Source: Octopus vulgaris (Eukaryota). From it: a stretch of 64,000 nucleotides of DNA. The DNA lies in NCBI GenBank assembly GCA_951406725.2, contig OX597816.1, forward strand, positions 72,540,001 through 72,604,000. Reading direction: 5' to 3'. The position numbers and the translations under genes are program-made. Below, one piece after another: positions 28,541-41,223 of this stretch (its first letter is position 1; each line of letters begins with the position of its first letter). The notes below the pieces were generated by a model. That model searched no databases and was not told where the DNA came from. It saw nothing but the letters and a program-made list of their open reading frames with translations.

Positions 28541-28782
28541 CCCCTTTCCTAGCACTTCATTCAACTCATTCGGCTATAGACTAATACACGCACCCTCTAG
28601 AACTTGTAATCTTCAAACCATTATTGGAACTAGTAGAGAGCTGGGCAGAATCATAGCCTACCATCTCATCTCTCATGGACAACTGTCACACGCTCGCTTC
28701 ATTGGGTAAGCAGATATCTTTTGATCAACGCAGAACAAAAAACAAACAAACAAACTGCAAAACAATGCTGTTTACTCGAGAG

Positions 28783-29295
28783 CCTTGTGGCTATGTGCTA
28801 AGTAGCTTGCTTACCAATCACATGGTTACGGGTTCAGTCCTATTGCGTGGCACCTTGGGTAAGTGTCTTCTACTATAGGCACGGGCCGACCAAAGCCTTG
28901 TGAGTAGATTTGGTAAACGGAAACTGAAAGAAGACCGTCGTGTATATATATATGTATATATATACATATACTAGCACTATGACCCGGCGTGCCGGGTCAT
29001 AGTGATAGTGCATGTATATACAGCTGCCTGCATGCGCACATACACGCGAGTACTGTCCAAATCTCCGACCAATCATATATATATATATATATATATGAGT
29101 GTGTGTATGTTTCTCCACTCGCCATCACTTGACAATCAATACTGGTGTATTTACGTCCCCATAACTTAGCGGTTCGGCAAAGAGACCAATAGAATAAGTA
29201 CTAGGCATACACAGAATAAGTCGAGTTGTTCGATTTAAGGCGGTGCTCCAACATGGCCGCAGTCAAATGACTGAACCAGATAAAAGAGTAAAGGA
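28783..29295 (+). mobile_element. SINE family B, full length with a nested insert
   Basis: Head 28783-28940, tail 29100-29295; foreign hairpin-bearing insert at ~28970-29075. Confidence 0.85.
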
Positions 29296-29329
29296 GTTGT
29301 ATTAAAACTTAAGGATAGTATAGTCTCCA

Positions 29330-29540
29330 CTATTTGGTTGAGCTTGCTCGGATATTTTCATCCGGCACACGGCATCCATCTTGGTTCTCCTGTATTACAT
29401 GAGGTCGGTCTTCAAGGAGGCATCGAGTGTCTGTGGGTGAGTTGATCTACATACGTTGTGTTCAGACGACTTGTTCGAGTATGGCAAAGCTTTGACATCC
29501 ATAACAAAATGGTGTAGTCACTAAACTCGGCCTCTTCATT
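29330..29540 (-). mobile_element. RTE-clade LINE C-terminal remnant
   Basis: Minus strand, with one frameshift: SDYTILLWMSKLCHTRTSRLNTTYVDQL/DTRCLLED...QDG..NIRASSTK*. This resembles the recalled RTE C-terminus SDVLLW.P.HG...GRP..TYIDQL..DTG...EDL...IRA. Confidence 0.65.
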
Positions 29541-29697
29541 TATTATAGAGACCTAGAAATATTCAATATTTTACACGTATCAGCTTTACTATAAAAATTT
29601 ATCTACAAAAATGACTGTATTAAAATATAAAATATCTCATATGCATTTACCAAAAATTGTTTTTACTTATTTGCTGCACCGAGCACTGGTGCTAGTG

Positions 29698-29737
29698 TGT
29701 CTGTCTGTCTCTCTGTCTATCTCTCTGACTCTATCTA

Positions 29738-29768
<31 letters not shown>

Positions 29769-29814
29769 CTCTGACTCTATCTGACTCTATCTATCTCTCT
29801 GACTCTGTCTGTCG

Positions 29815-29845
<31 letters not shown>

Positions 29846-29867
29846 CGTATGTCTGTCTGTCTGTCTA

Positions 29868-29958
<91 letters not shown>

Positions 29959-30077
29959 GACTGTCTGTCCATTTGTCTGTTAATGAATTATTCTATCCAT
30001 ATATGTATCAATATGTATATGTGCATGTATGTATGTATGTATGTATGTATGTATGTATGTATGTATGTATGTATGTA

Positions 30078-30112
<35 letters not shown>

Positions 30113-30494
30113 ATGTATGCTTGTGTGTGTTTATCTATATATCTATGTATATTTATGAATATGTGTCTATATATGTGCGTACGTGTGTGTTTATGTATGC
30201 AAATATATGTATGTATTATGTACGTATGTGTGTGTATGTTTATGTATGCATATATGATGCATACATGTATGTATAGATGTTTGTTCATGTATGTATATAT
30301 GCATGAATGTATGTGTGTATGTATGTATATATGTATGCATGTGCGTGTGTGTATGTATATGTATGTATGTATTTTTGTATGTATTCATGCATTCATATAT
30401 ATATATATGTATATGTGTGTGTGTAGATATGTATGTATGTGTGTGTATGCATGCATATATATATATGTATGTATGCATGTGCGTGCATGTATGC

Positions 30495-30525
<31 letters not shown>

Positions 30526-30572
30526 TGTATGTATGTATGTATGTATGTATGTATGTATGTATGTATGTATGT
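29698..30572. repeat. (CTGT)n/(CTAT)n/(TATG)n compound microsatellite
   Basis: Directly visible. Confidence 0.95.
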
Positions 30573-31002
30573 TGCTACAAGCATATTGATGCGTTAAATT
30601 TCTCTTATCCTCTCTGCAGACGGACCACTGCTCGTTGATCCGTGTACGTGGGCTGAACAATTGATATCTCACAGAACTATAATTTCGTGTACAAACACGG
30701 CAGTGTTTATTCGTTAAAATGTCAGGGAGCGTTAACAACAAAACGGTTTAGTACCATTATAGCTCTCATGCACCATCTGACCATGTTTCAACTTTGCTTC
30801 CATCTGATTAAAGGAAGCTCTTGTATTGTCTCTGTTTCATGTCATTGATCAAACTTAAGGAAAGACTGAATTACCACACGAACTCTAATTATGGCCAGCC
30901 GTTGGCGTACGAATCTCTATCCATTTACATACGCATACGATTTATATAAGTTGATATGTATACAAAAATATATATAAAATTAAACGCACAGGCACACGAA
31001 CG

Positions 31003-31081
<79 letters not shown>

Positions 31082-31357
31082 CTATGCTCATAAACATTTT
31101 CATAAAAGTAACTATGTGTATGTGTATATATAAATAAATAAATATATATATATATATAAATATATATATATATAAGTTCGACAAAATTTAGATTCAGATG
31201 AATATGGTACTTAAGTTAAAGGCACCAGAATTTTCCATATGTGGCTGAAAATTGCTCGATATTTTAAAACTGGTGTAATACTTACAGGGTTTAATAAAAT
31301 GAAGTAGCATGAAACAATTGTACTACTCTACCTTGGATATCCTTGTTGCTTATTTTG

Positions 31358-31399
<42 letters not shown>

Positions 31400-31402
<3 letters not shown>

Positions 31403-31560
31403 GAGAATTCACATATAAAACAAAAGACAAAGACAGGTGGTGTAGACAACTAATAGATGTATTAGTATAACGCTAAGGAAGGGAAAAAGTCTTTAACGTT
31501 TCGAACCTACGCTCTTCCACAGAAACGAACACAGAAATAAACAAGGAGAGAAATATACGT
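31400..31560 (-). mobile_element. Short Penelope-like pseudo-LTR repeat with a hammerhead
   Basis: Same organisation as 3716-3897 and adjacent to (TA)n. Confidence 0.55.
31492..31525 (-). ncRNA. Minimal type I hammerhead motif
   Basis: Minus strand reads TTT-CTGTGGA-A-GAGC(GTAG)GTTC-GAAA-CG-TT-AAA; one core mismatch. Confidence 0.55.
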
Positions 31561-31976
31561 GTATATACAAACATATACCTCTATGTATGTATGGCTGTAT
31601 GTATTATGTAATTCTGTATCTAAATGGATGTATGTCTTGTAACTATATATTTAAATGTTTGTTAGTATATATTATGTAATCATGTATCTAAGTATTTGAG
31701 TGTGTGGCATCGTGAATGGCTAGCTATTCTGCATTCAGTTAAGGTCACTGGGTTGTCTTGATAGCAAAGGCGGGTAACTCTCAAATAGCCTGTCCCACCT
31801 CGCTGAATACAGGTACAACCACGAGGCAAGCATGGTTTCCGAATTGCAGGAAATGTGATCATTGTAAAATAAATTAACAAATGTTCGTTTTTTTTTCTAT
31901 TGTTATTGTTTTTTTTACGTGGAATATAATGGCGAAGTAGCAGAATAGTTAGAGCACCGCCAACAAATTTAGCAAT

Positions 31977-33385
31977 TCAGTCAATAGTATATTCTCCTTT
32001 ATTGTTCATGACGTTTGTTCCAACGACCCACTAGCCTGGTCATTGCATTGATATATAGAGAATACCAAACGAGTTCCCTATGGATACCGTATTTATTACA
32101 ACGAGTTGCTTGTAATAAATACGGTATCCATAGGGAATGAGTTTGGTATTTTATTTATTACACACGAATAAACGACCATATTTTATTAACCCAATAACTA
32201 AATTATTCACATCGTGTTGAAGCGCGCATGAATACAGCTTAATTTCACGTCAGTGACGTCACAATGTGTAACTGTAAAAGATGTCATGCCGCAGGAAGAT
32301 AGTCCGACTTTATAGCGCTAAGTTTTCAGGTGAACTGACTGATAACTGATGACTGCAGTCCAAACAACGGATAACACTCTTCCCCCATCTTTACCATCAA
32401 TCTTAACAAAATCATTCACCTTGATATCGACAACAGTAGCCATCTTGTTGATAGATCTACCTGCACTGCAAGAGTATCGACGAGCAGACGAAATATGTTG
32501 TGAATTTTTTGGCAAAAAAAAATTGAATTACCACCAGAAATGTTTATATTTTATGTGTATATGACTTTAAGTAATATCTGGTATAAAAAAGATAGTATGT
32601 TTGTTTAATTACATGGCTACATTCTACCTGCTCGTGAAAGTAATGAATGAAGTTTAGTTGTAACTTATGAATGACAAAAGTAGTGCCGTCACCGTGACCT
32701 CGGGTCATCACCATAGATTGACCAATCAGAAGCAGCGTTCGCAGTATATGACATGTGTTAGATACCAAAAGTATCTCAAAGTGTTCTCACTCACATGTGT
32801 GTAATAAAGGAAATTCTGTTCATTGAGCTACGTTTTCAACACCATGTCGATTTTGAACGAGACGCCTCGCAGATTCTAAAAGAGTGACTGAATATAGCTA
32901 TAATCTGAAAGTTCTATATCAGGAGAATACGGCTGATGCCGTATAAATTTCCCAATCGAACCCTTGAATAGCATTTTTGTTCAAATTTTAGTCAAATTAG
33001 GCGAATGTTGTGTTAAAGAAGTACGCCATATCACCGGTGGGATCGTTCCAGCCGGATTGTCCATAGAATAAATGTGACAGGCGACGTGATCATGGGAGGG
33101 TCCCATCTGCTAGGCCAATTCCCTTGTGAACTGGTGTGGATCCTCGTGGATGACCTTGTTCAATCAATCCGCTTTGAACTGAACAAGAATGCGGAAAATC
33201 TGTGAGGCCGAATTTTCCTTCCTTGAAAGGTGAAAACTATTTCTGTGCAGTTCCTTCAATAGCGGTACCTTTTACGTACACAGCACAACAAATGTCTCGA
33301 GAGGATTTGCCAGTTTTAAAACTTTTATTGAAAGCGAAGAGAAGTAGGAATCGAAAATGCTGGGGTTGTCTTTTTTGTCTTTTTT
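31977..33385 (-). pseudogene. Decayed mariner transposase with an internal deletion and a nested insertion
   Basis: Minus-strand pieces: HFRFLLLFAFN..SRDIC.AVY..GTAQK*FSPFKEGKF, IHEDPHQFTRELA*QM (HTH), HQPYSPDIELSDY (YSPDL motif, 32918-32929), and after the insert LVGRW../NNKGEYTID* (stop at 31977-31979). Confidence 0.85.
32051..32810. mobile_element. Unclassified non-autonomous DNA element nested in the mariner
   Basis: Separates contiguous transposase motifs; starts with a 90-bp hairpin; carries a TTTATTACACAC/GTGTGTAATAAA inverted pair (32154, 32796-32807). Confidence 0.6.
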
Positions 33386-33655
33386 AATTTTTTTTTTACT
33401 ATTCAGCACTCCATCGTTACATAGTTGAAAAGAGGCAGGACTTAGTCACATTTCAAAAGTTCTAAACAAACGTTGCAGAGGAAAATAGGGATACAAAAAA
33501 AAAAAAAGAAAAACGAAAAAGGGAAATGTATTCATTACAATGAAAATATTTTTCGCGTTAATTCAAGTTATACTGGAATGAAACGAAGAATTGATCTGAA
33601 AATGCTGCATGCGTGCGTGCGTGCGTGCGTGCGTGTGTGCGTGCATGCGTGCGTG

Positions 33656-33714
<59 letters not shown>

Positions 33715-33834
33715 CAATCTTTGATCTGAGTTTTGTTCATGGCTACATCGCCATAAGGCCCGCTGAATCTTCATGACGAGTCGAACTTGAGCATCATGAA
33801 GCTTTTGGCACGCATGCGCACAAACACTTATATA

Positions 33835-34249
33835 TATTTCTTTATTACCCACAAGGGGCTAAACACAGAGGGGACAAACAAGGACAGACAAACGGATTAA
33901 GTCGATTACATCGATCCCAGTGCATAATTGGTACTTAATTTATCGACCCCGAAAGGATGAAAGGCACAGTCGACCTCGGCGGAATTTGAACTCACAACGC
34001 AACGGCAGACGAAATACCTATTTCGTTACTACCCACAAGGGGCTAAACATAGAGGGGACAAACAAGGACAGACAAACGGATTAAGTCGATTGCATCGAAC
34101 CCAGTGCGTAACTGGTTCTTAATTTATCGACCTCGAAAGGATGAAAGGCAAAGTCGACCTCGGCGGAATTTGAACTCAGAACGTAGCGGCAGACGAAATA
34201 CGGCTACGCATTTCGCCCGGCGTGCTAACGTTTCTCCCAGCTCACCGCC
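33835..34249 (-). mobile_element. SINE family A tandem dimer (184-bp period)
   Basis: Two units starting at 33835 and 34019 with a single tRNA-like head. Confidence 0.9.
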
Positions 34250-34474
34250 ATACATACATACATACATACATACATACATACATACATACATACATACATA
34301 CATACTATATATATATATATATATTTATATATTTACACTGACACTGATACACATTCACGCATAGATAGTTATGTGTGTGTATAAGCGTGAGAGTATCCGA
34401 CACATGTCTTACACGTATCAGTTACTCACACATGTATATGGTGATAGTAAGGGTGAGAAAACAACATGAGAAAG

Positions 34475-35071
34475 GCGATGATGATGATGATGTTGACGGT
34501 GGTGACGAGGACGACGATGACGTTGATGATGATGATTATGACAATGATGATGATGATGATGGTGGTGGTGGTGATGATGATGATGGTGTTGTTGGTGATG
34601 GCGATGAGGATGATGATGATGATGGCAATGATGATGATGATGGTGGTGGTGGTGGTGATGATGATGATGGCGACGACGACGACGACAACGACGCGCCGAT
34701 ATTCAACACGATACTGCATCTCATTCCGCCGCTATGAATGCTGCTGCTGCTGCTTCTGATGATGTTGATGATAATGATCATGATAATGAGGATGATGATG
34801 ATGCTGATGAAGATGATGATTGTGGTGATGATGATGATGATGATGATGATGACGACGACGATGATGATGACGATATCGCCGTCGACGACGGCCAGCTTGA
34901 CGGAGACAGCGATAAGGATGTTCGTATGTATGTATGTATGTATGTATGTATGTATGTATGTATGTATGTATGCTTGTATGTATGTATGCTTGTATGTATG
35001 TATGTATGTATGTATGCATATGTATGTATGTATGTATGTATATGTATGTATGCACGTGCGTGTATGTATGC

Positions 35072-35102
<31 letters not shown>

Positions 35103-35395
35103 TGTATGTATGTATGTATGTATGTGTGTATGCATGAATGTATATATGTATGTATGTACGTATGTATGTATGTATGTATGTATGTATGTATGCATATGTA
35201 TGTATGTATGTATATATATGTATGCATGTGCGTGTATGTATGCATATGTGTGTATGTATGTATGTATGTATGTATGTATGTATGTATGTATGTATGTATG
35301 TATGTATGCATGTATGTATGTATGTATGTATGTATGTATGTATGTATGTATGTATGTATGTATGTATGTATGTATGTATGTATGCATGTACGTAT
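34475..35395. repeat. (GAT)n/(GGT)n then (TATG)n microsatellites
   Basis: Directly visible. Confidence 0.95.
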
Positions 35396-35954
35396 GCAGG
35401 TACGGCTGAGCTGTCGGAGAGTTATTATTCGCGTACGAAACATTAAGTTATTCAATGTTCTATAGGTGATCAAATATCTCTCACTACTTATGATGGCGGT
35501 CGACTGTAACGATTGGCTGCCTGAATTAGAGAGCAGCAACAGTGTGCAACGAGGCATGTTTTTGATAACCGCTGCACACTTCACACTTCACACTGCACAC
35601 CGCAATAAAGGGGTGAAGGCGAACCACGGAGTGCAGAGTTTAAACGATGGGCAGAGGAGCGGTAATTAATACAGGTGTGGTATATGAATGTTAATGTTTG
35701 TGTGTGTGTGTGTATGCGCGAGCGTGTGTGTGTGTGTGTGTGTGTGTATGCGCGAGCGTGTGTGTGTAATGTATGTATGTATGTATATATGTAAGAAAAT
35801 ATGTATGTATGCACGTGTTTGTACATACACACATAATTATGCATATGTACGAGTGGGTGTACGGATATGAGAAAAAATCTTGTATGTATATATAGACACA
35901 GACACACATATGCATATACTTGTATGCTGGTAGGTGTGCGTATATAAAAACACA

Positions 35955-36020
<66 letters not shown>

Positions 36021-36073
36021 ATATACATGTATGCACAAACGCTCGCACACATACACATACACACACATATATG

Positions 36074-36136
<63 letters not shown>

Positions 36137-36360
36137 ATAGACAACTTATTAAATTTTCTGTAAGCATTTGAAAAACTTACCCGCAGTTATGTACCTCTAT
36201 GTACGTATTTACATACATACATGCATACATACGTATGTGTATGTATGTATATATATAGACTGACAGACAGACAGATAAGATAGCTAGATGCACAGCTATG
36301 TCCAAGCGCACATACATGTATATGTATATTTATATATATGTATGTGTGTGTATATTGTGA

Positions 36361-36660
36361 AGGCGCATGGCTTAGTGGTCAGAGCGCCGAGCTTACGATC
36401 GTGAGGTTGTGAGTTCAATTCCCGAACTTTATTTTACGTTGCTCCAGTTAACTTAGCTGTAGAAATGAGTTGCGATGTCCCAGGTGCCAAGCTCTATTGG
36501 CCTTTGCCTTTCCCTTGGATAAAATCAGTGGAGTGAAGAGATGAGGCTGGTATGCATGGGAGACTGCTGGCCTTCCATAAACAACCTTGCCCGGACTTGT
36601 ACCTCGGAGGGTAACTTTCTAGGTGCAATCCCATGGTCATTTGTGACCGAAGGGGGGTCT
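36361..36660 (+). mobile_element. SINE family D (tRNA head, CORE-like body)
   Basis: GGCGCATGGCTTAGTGG...GAGTTCAATTCCC...GTTGCTCCAGT..AGCTGTAG; homolog at 53731-54006. Confidence 0.8.
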
Positions 36661-36962
36661 CTCCCTCCTCATGTGTGTATACATTTGGAAGTGAGACAGA
36701 CAGAGAAAGAGAGACAGTAACAGAGAAACAGAGATAGAGAGACAGAGACAGAGAAAGCTAAGAGAGAGAAAAAAACTGTCATTGAAAATGGCGTTCATGC
36801 GTTCGTAGTGTATTTGAAGAGAAAACTTGGATGACGAGAATAACTGGAATACGAGGGAAAGTTCTCTTTCGCATGATGCACACACATACACATTCTAACA
36901 CGCATACATACGCACAAAACCACATACACGTGTATCTTAACTCTTTAACATTGTCCTATATC

Positions 36963-37060
36963 ATGGCGTAGTGGTTAAGAGCGCAGGCTACTAACCCCAA
37001 GATTCTGAGTTCGATTTAAGGCAGTGAACTGAATAGGAATAATAATAACAACATCGAAAA
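36963..37060 (+). mobile_element. tRNA-like SINE head
   Basis: TGGCGTAGTGGTTAAGAGCGC...GAGTTCGATT; A/B boxes present but no complete acceptor stem. Confidence 0.6.
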
Positions 37061-37591
37061 TTATTTTATTCCTGTCGGCAAGAAACAGAATAACTTATTA
37101 TTTGAATTCATATCTCTCCAAACATAATTATTCTATTATCGGTTTCAGCCAGTCTGTGGCCATGCTCTCTCTATGAGCTTCTATTCTGTTTCCATCTACC
37201 ATAGTCACTCACAATCCATTGGTCAACCTAGGGTTGTAGTAGAAGACAATTGCCCAAGGTGCCACACTGTGAGATTGAACCTGAAATCACATGGTTGCTG
37301 GCTGAACATTGTCCTATATCATGAAGCTCTATATAATCTAGGAACCACTCTGTCTATATATCTGCCTTTCGTTCAGAGATGTGAGGAGAGATAGCTAGCT
37401 AGCTAGATAGATAGATATGGTGTGTGTGTGTATGTGTGTGTGCGTATAATCATTTATTTGCGTCCATGAGATTGTGTCCATAGCTATCTCGCTACTTCAT
37501 CCCTCCTTTCCTATTTTTATTTCAAAGACGAATATTTTCTGTTCTGCCACACACAATATATACAGATTCGTAAACTTATATACACCACGCC

Positions 37592-37631
<40 letters not shown>

Positions 37632-37894
37632 CACACATGCATGTACACATACACGAACACATACGTTTTCTTTAACACATACACATATACTAAAGTGCAT
37701 AACACGCAGAGGCCTTATCTGTTTTCTTAATCCCCTATGTCTCTCTCTCTCTCTCTGACACTCTCTCCTACATATTCAAAGGCACACACACACAGACACA
37801 GACACACACACAGACACACACACATACGCACACACACACACGTTTATGTATGAGTGTATGCGTACAGATATAAGAGAAAATCATATACATGTAT

Positions 37895-38095
37895 TGTTTT
37901 TGTTTCAGTCATTTGATTGCGGCCATGCTGGAGCACTGCCTTTAGTCGAACAAATCGACCCCAGGACTTATTCTTGGTAAGCTTGGTACTTATTCTATCG
38001 GTCTCTTTTGAATAACCACTGAGTGACAGGGACGGAAACACACTAACATCGGCTCTCAAGCGATAGTAGGCGGGGACAAGCACAAGAGACACACA
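37895..38095 (-). mobile_element. SINE family B, 3' half
   Basis: Match to the family B tail. Confidence 0.85.
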
Positions 38096-38189
38096 AATAC
38101 ACGCATAAATATATATATATATATATATATCAAATAAGCAAATACAAGCGAAGGATATTCAGACAAACACACACACATATATATATATA

Positions 38190-38264
<75 letters not shown>

Positions 38265-38728
38265 TTGTCTGAATATCCTTCGCTTGTATTTGCTTAATTG
38301 ATTTCTTGTAAATACATACCTTAGTTTATTTGGATGAGTATGTAGAACGGTCTCTCCTTACGATCTCACATTTCAACATTAATGCCACCCCCTACTTCCA
38401 GCTACATTTCAACATTATTGTCTCCCCCACTACTTCCGCTCTTCAACTGATCTCTTTATCTTTGTCGTACGCTAATTCATCAGACATTCATACTATGTGA
38501 CATTTGGATATTGGGGATGTTACGTATGTAAACACTGGACGGATAATAAGCTAATTAATATGAACATCGTCAATAACGTCTCGCTGATAATTTCACTTCA
38601 AATCAAATTTTCTCATTTTCGGGAAATTTTACGAGCCAAACGAACTTTTAAGAAATCATTAAAGCCCTGTGTGTGTATGCGTGTGTTCTTGTATTTATGT
38701 GTGTGTATTTATACATACATACATACAT

Positions 38729-38789
<61 letters not shown>

Positions 38790-38795
38790 AATAAA

Positions 38796-38827
<32 letters not shown>

Positions 38828-38829
38828 AT

Positions 38830-39457
38830 TTCCATTTCTGCCATTAGCAAGCAATTCACCAAAACAGTCAAAAAATGTCACCACTATCTCCTCAACATTT
38901 TTGCTCAACGCACAAGGCATCAGCCCTCTCACCAATGCCCCAAAATGGAAGATCCAATTTATTGAGGACTGGGTCAATGACCATCTACACCATATTCCTT
39001 TTTTCGTCCGCACAGAGATCCATCTCAATAACTTCAACTTGGAAACTGAGGTGAGAGTGAAGAATTTTACAGCCATCCGTGCAGATCGCGTCGGCAGAAG
39101 AAAGGGTGGGACCACCATTTTCGTGCATGATTCTCTTTCGGCTGAAGCAATGGACGTATTTATCAATGGTTACTGTGAAGCAGCTTCTTTATATAGTAAA
39201 ACCAACAATGTAATAGTACTTGAGTTCTATTGGCCACTCCTATCTCCTTTACTGCGCTTCAAGGAATGTCTCAACAGTATTAAGTGTTTTATCCATCAGT
39301 GTCATGCTGACAACATATTAATGATGGGCGACTTCAACCTTCGCAGTGTTGATTGGTCCAGAAACAGCTTGAAACCAGGTTTTCCCATCACAATCACATC
39401 TCTATCAGTCTGTCTATCCTTTCTGTTATCTCTCTCTGATATACATATATATCATTG

Positions 39458-39489
<32 letters not shown>

Positions 39490-40652
39490 GATATACATAT
39501 ATATATCTGATATATATATATATCATTGCAAAGGTCGTTCCCTATATTTTCAGTCGATATACAGGCGCAGGAGTTACTGTGTGGTAAGAAGATTCCTTAA
39601 CAACCACATGGTTCCGGGTTCAGTTCCACTACATGGCATCTTGCGCAAGTGTCTTCTATTGTAGCCTCGGACTTTTTTCCTGACCCAACTTGTTCTGGAA
39701 CTAACAAGGTGTCACAAAAACATCTTGGGCCTAGTGTTCAGTAACCACACTGACACTATCCTCAATATTGCAGTGGAAAAACACCACTACTCTCAGACAA
39801 TGACATGGTTCTCTGCGATCTGAGATTCTACCACCCAAAGATCAAATCCAATGACATCTCTCCATCTCATCCATGTGACATTATGGATCTTCATAACCGA
39901 GACTGAAATGCTATCAACAGTGATCATTTGCAAGTTGATTGGGCCTTCACGCACGCACACATCCCTACCAACATAAACACATCATGGTAGACATTTGTAG
40001 ATACTGTAAGAAATATATGCGCAAAAATACTCCATTAAGATCAGTATACAAATCTAAATGCAGAATGCCTAGAAATTGAATTGCAATTGGAAAAATAAAT
40101 AAAACTAACAAGAAAATCAACCAACTAAAATACTGCCGCAGCAACGCACCCATTCGACTGCCATTGCGACCCTCATTAACAGTCAAAGAACAGCTGAGGA
40201 GAATTGGGCCATTGAGAAATTAAAACTCAATCCCAAAGTGTTCTTTTCATTTGCAAAAAACATAAAGCCGCTGTTTCCACTGGTTCTGGTTGATCAACTA
40301 CACTCTATCTGATGATGCAAAATTCATGTGCGAGATACTGCAGAGACATTACTGCTCTATCTTCAGTAACGCTAATGCGGTTGATCTGGCTACTATCAGT
40401 GATGTAAACCCTCAACTAACCATATCTGACATAGGTTTTGGTATTCCTGATATCCTAACAGAAACAGATAAAATCAAGCACAACTCGGTAGTAGGTCCCG
40501 ATAAGTTCCCGGCCACTGTCCTGAAGATGTGTCGACATCAAATTGCACCCCCTCTAGCTGAGCTCTGGAGAAACTCACTTGATGCAGGCTACATTCCTGA
40601 TCATTTTCTTTCCCAGTCTGTCGTTCCAGTCTTCAAAAAGGGAAACAAATCT
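38830..40652 (+). mobile_element. Decayed CR1-group LINE ORF2 5' part: APE endonuclease to start of RT
   Basis: LLNAQG..TEIHL..RADRVGRRKGG..MGDFN (APE), then ILGLVFSN and LSDND, NPKVFFSF, and GPDKFPATVLK..PPLAELWRNSLDAGYIP..VVPVFKKGNK (RT entry). Interrupted by a microsatellite and a SINE B head at 39400-39670. Confidence 0.9.
39564..39670 (+). mobile_element. SINE family B head nested in the LINE
   Basis: GGCGCAGGAGT..GTGTGGTAAGAAG..CCACATGGTTCCGGGTTCAGT. Confidence 0.8.
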
Positions 40653-40669
40653 CTCTCTATATATAAACA

Positions 40670-40846
40670 CAGGGTGCAGTGTATAAACTGCTGTCTAAAC
40701 TGTGCAAAAATTAAAATAATATTGACATCTCATTTTAACAGATATATTTAACAAAATAGCATAAAAATCTCTTGAAATAGTAAAGAGTAAATTTATTTAA
40801 TAAAATCGTCATTGGCTTCAACCACCGCCTCCATACGACTTCCAAA
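40670..40846 (-). mobile_element. Tc1/mariner-superfamily 3' end
   Basis: The minus strand encodes FGSRMEAVVEANDDFI, resembling the recalled FRSRLEAVVEANG.FI C-terminus; CAGGGTG TIR start at 40670. Confidence 0.65.
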
Positions 40847-41223
40847 TACATACATACATACATACATACATACATACATACATACATACATCAATATAGG
40901 ATTTCATTATAGGGACAACTCTTAAACTTTTAAACTGTCATATACATTATATATTTATACTTATACATATTTACATATATTTTTATACATACTTATATTT
41001 ATTTATTTATATATTTTTAATACAACAATTATTTTCACACGTGTATATCTTTCAGAGGAGATTTGATATTGATTTCCTAATAATGATAATTTACTTTTAA
41101 TATATATATATATATTATCATTAATTAAAATCTTAGGGTAGCAAGAATTTTTATCGAAAAAATTCTTAGTTACCTGTGGTCTAGCGAGAAATAAAAAAAT
41201 TAGTCAATAGACTATATATTATC

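Noticed and set aside
28157-28584. Acidic/basic low-complexity proteins (poly-E/R/K)
   Set aside because: (CTT)n microsatellite.
34375-34920. Asp-rich ORF resembling acidic biomineralisation proteins
   Set aside because: A (GAT)n array open in several frames that runs into (TATG)n; no signal peptide or splice support.
36963-37030. Genuine tRNA gene
   Set aside because: A/B boxes are present but the acceptor and T stems do not pair fully; like the other heads, it is SINE-derived.
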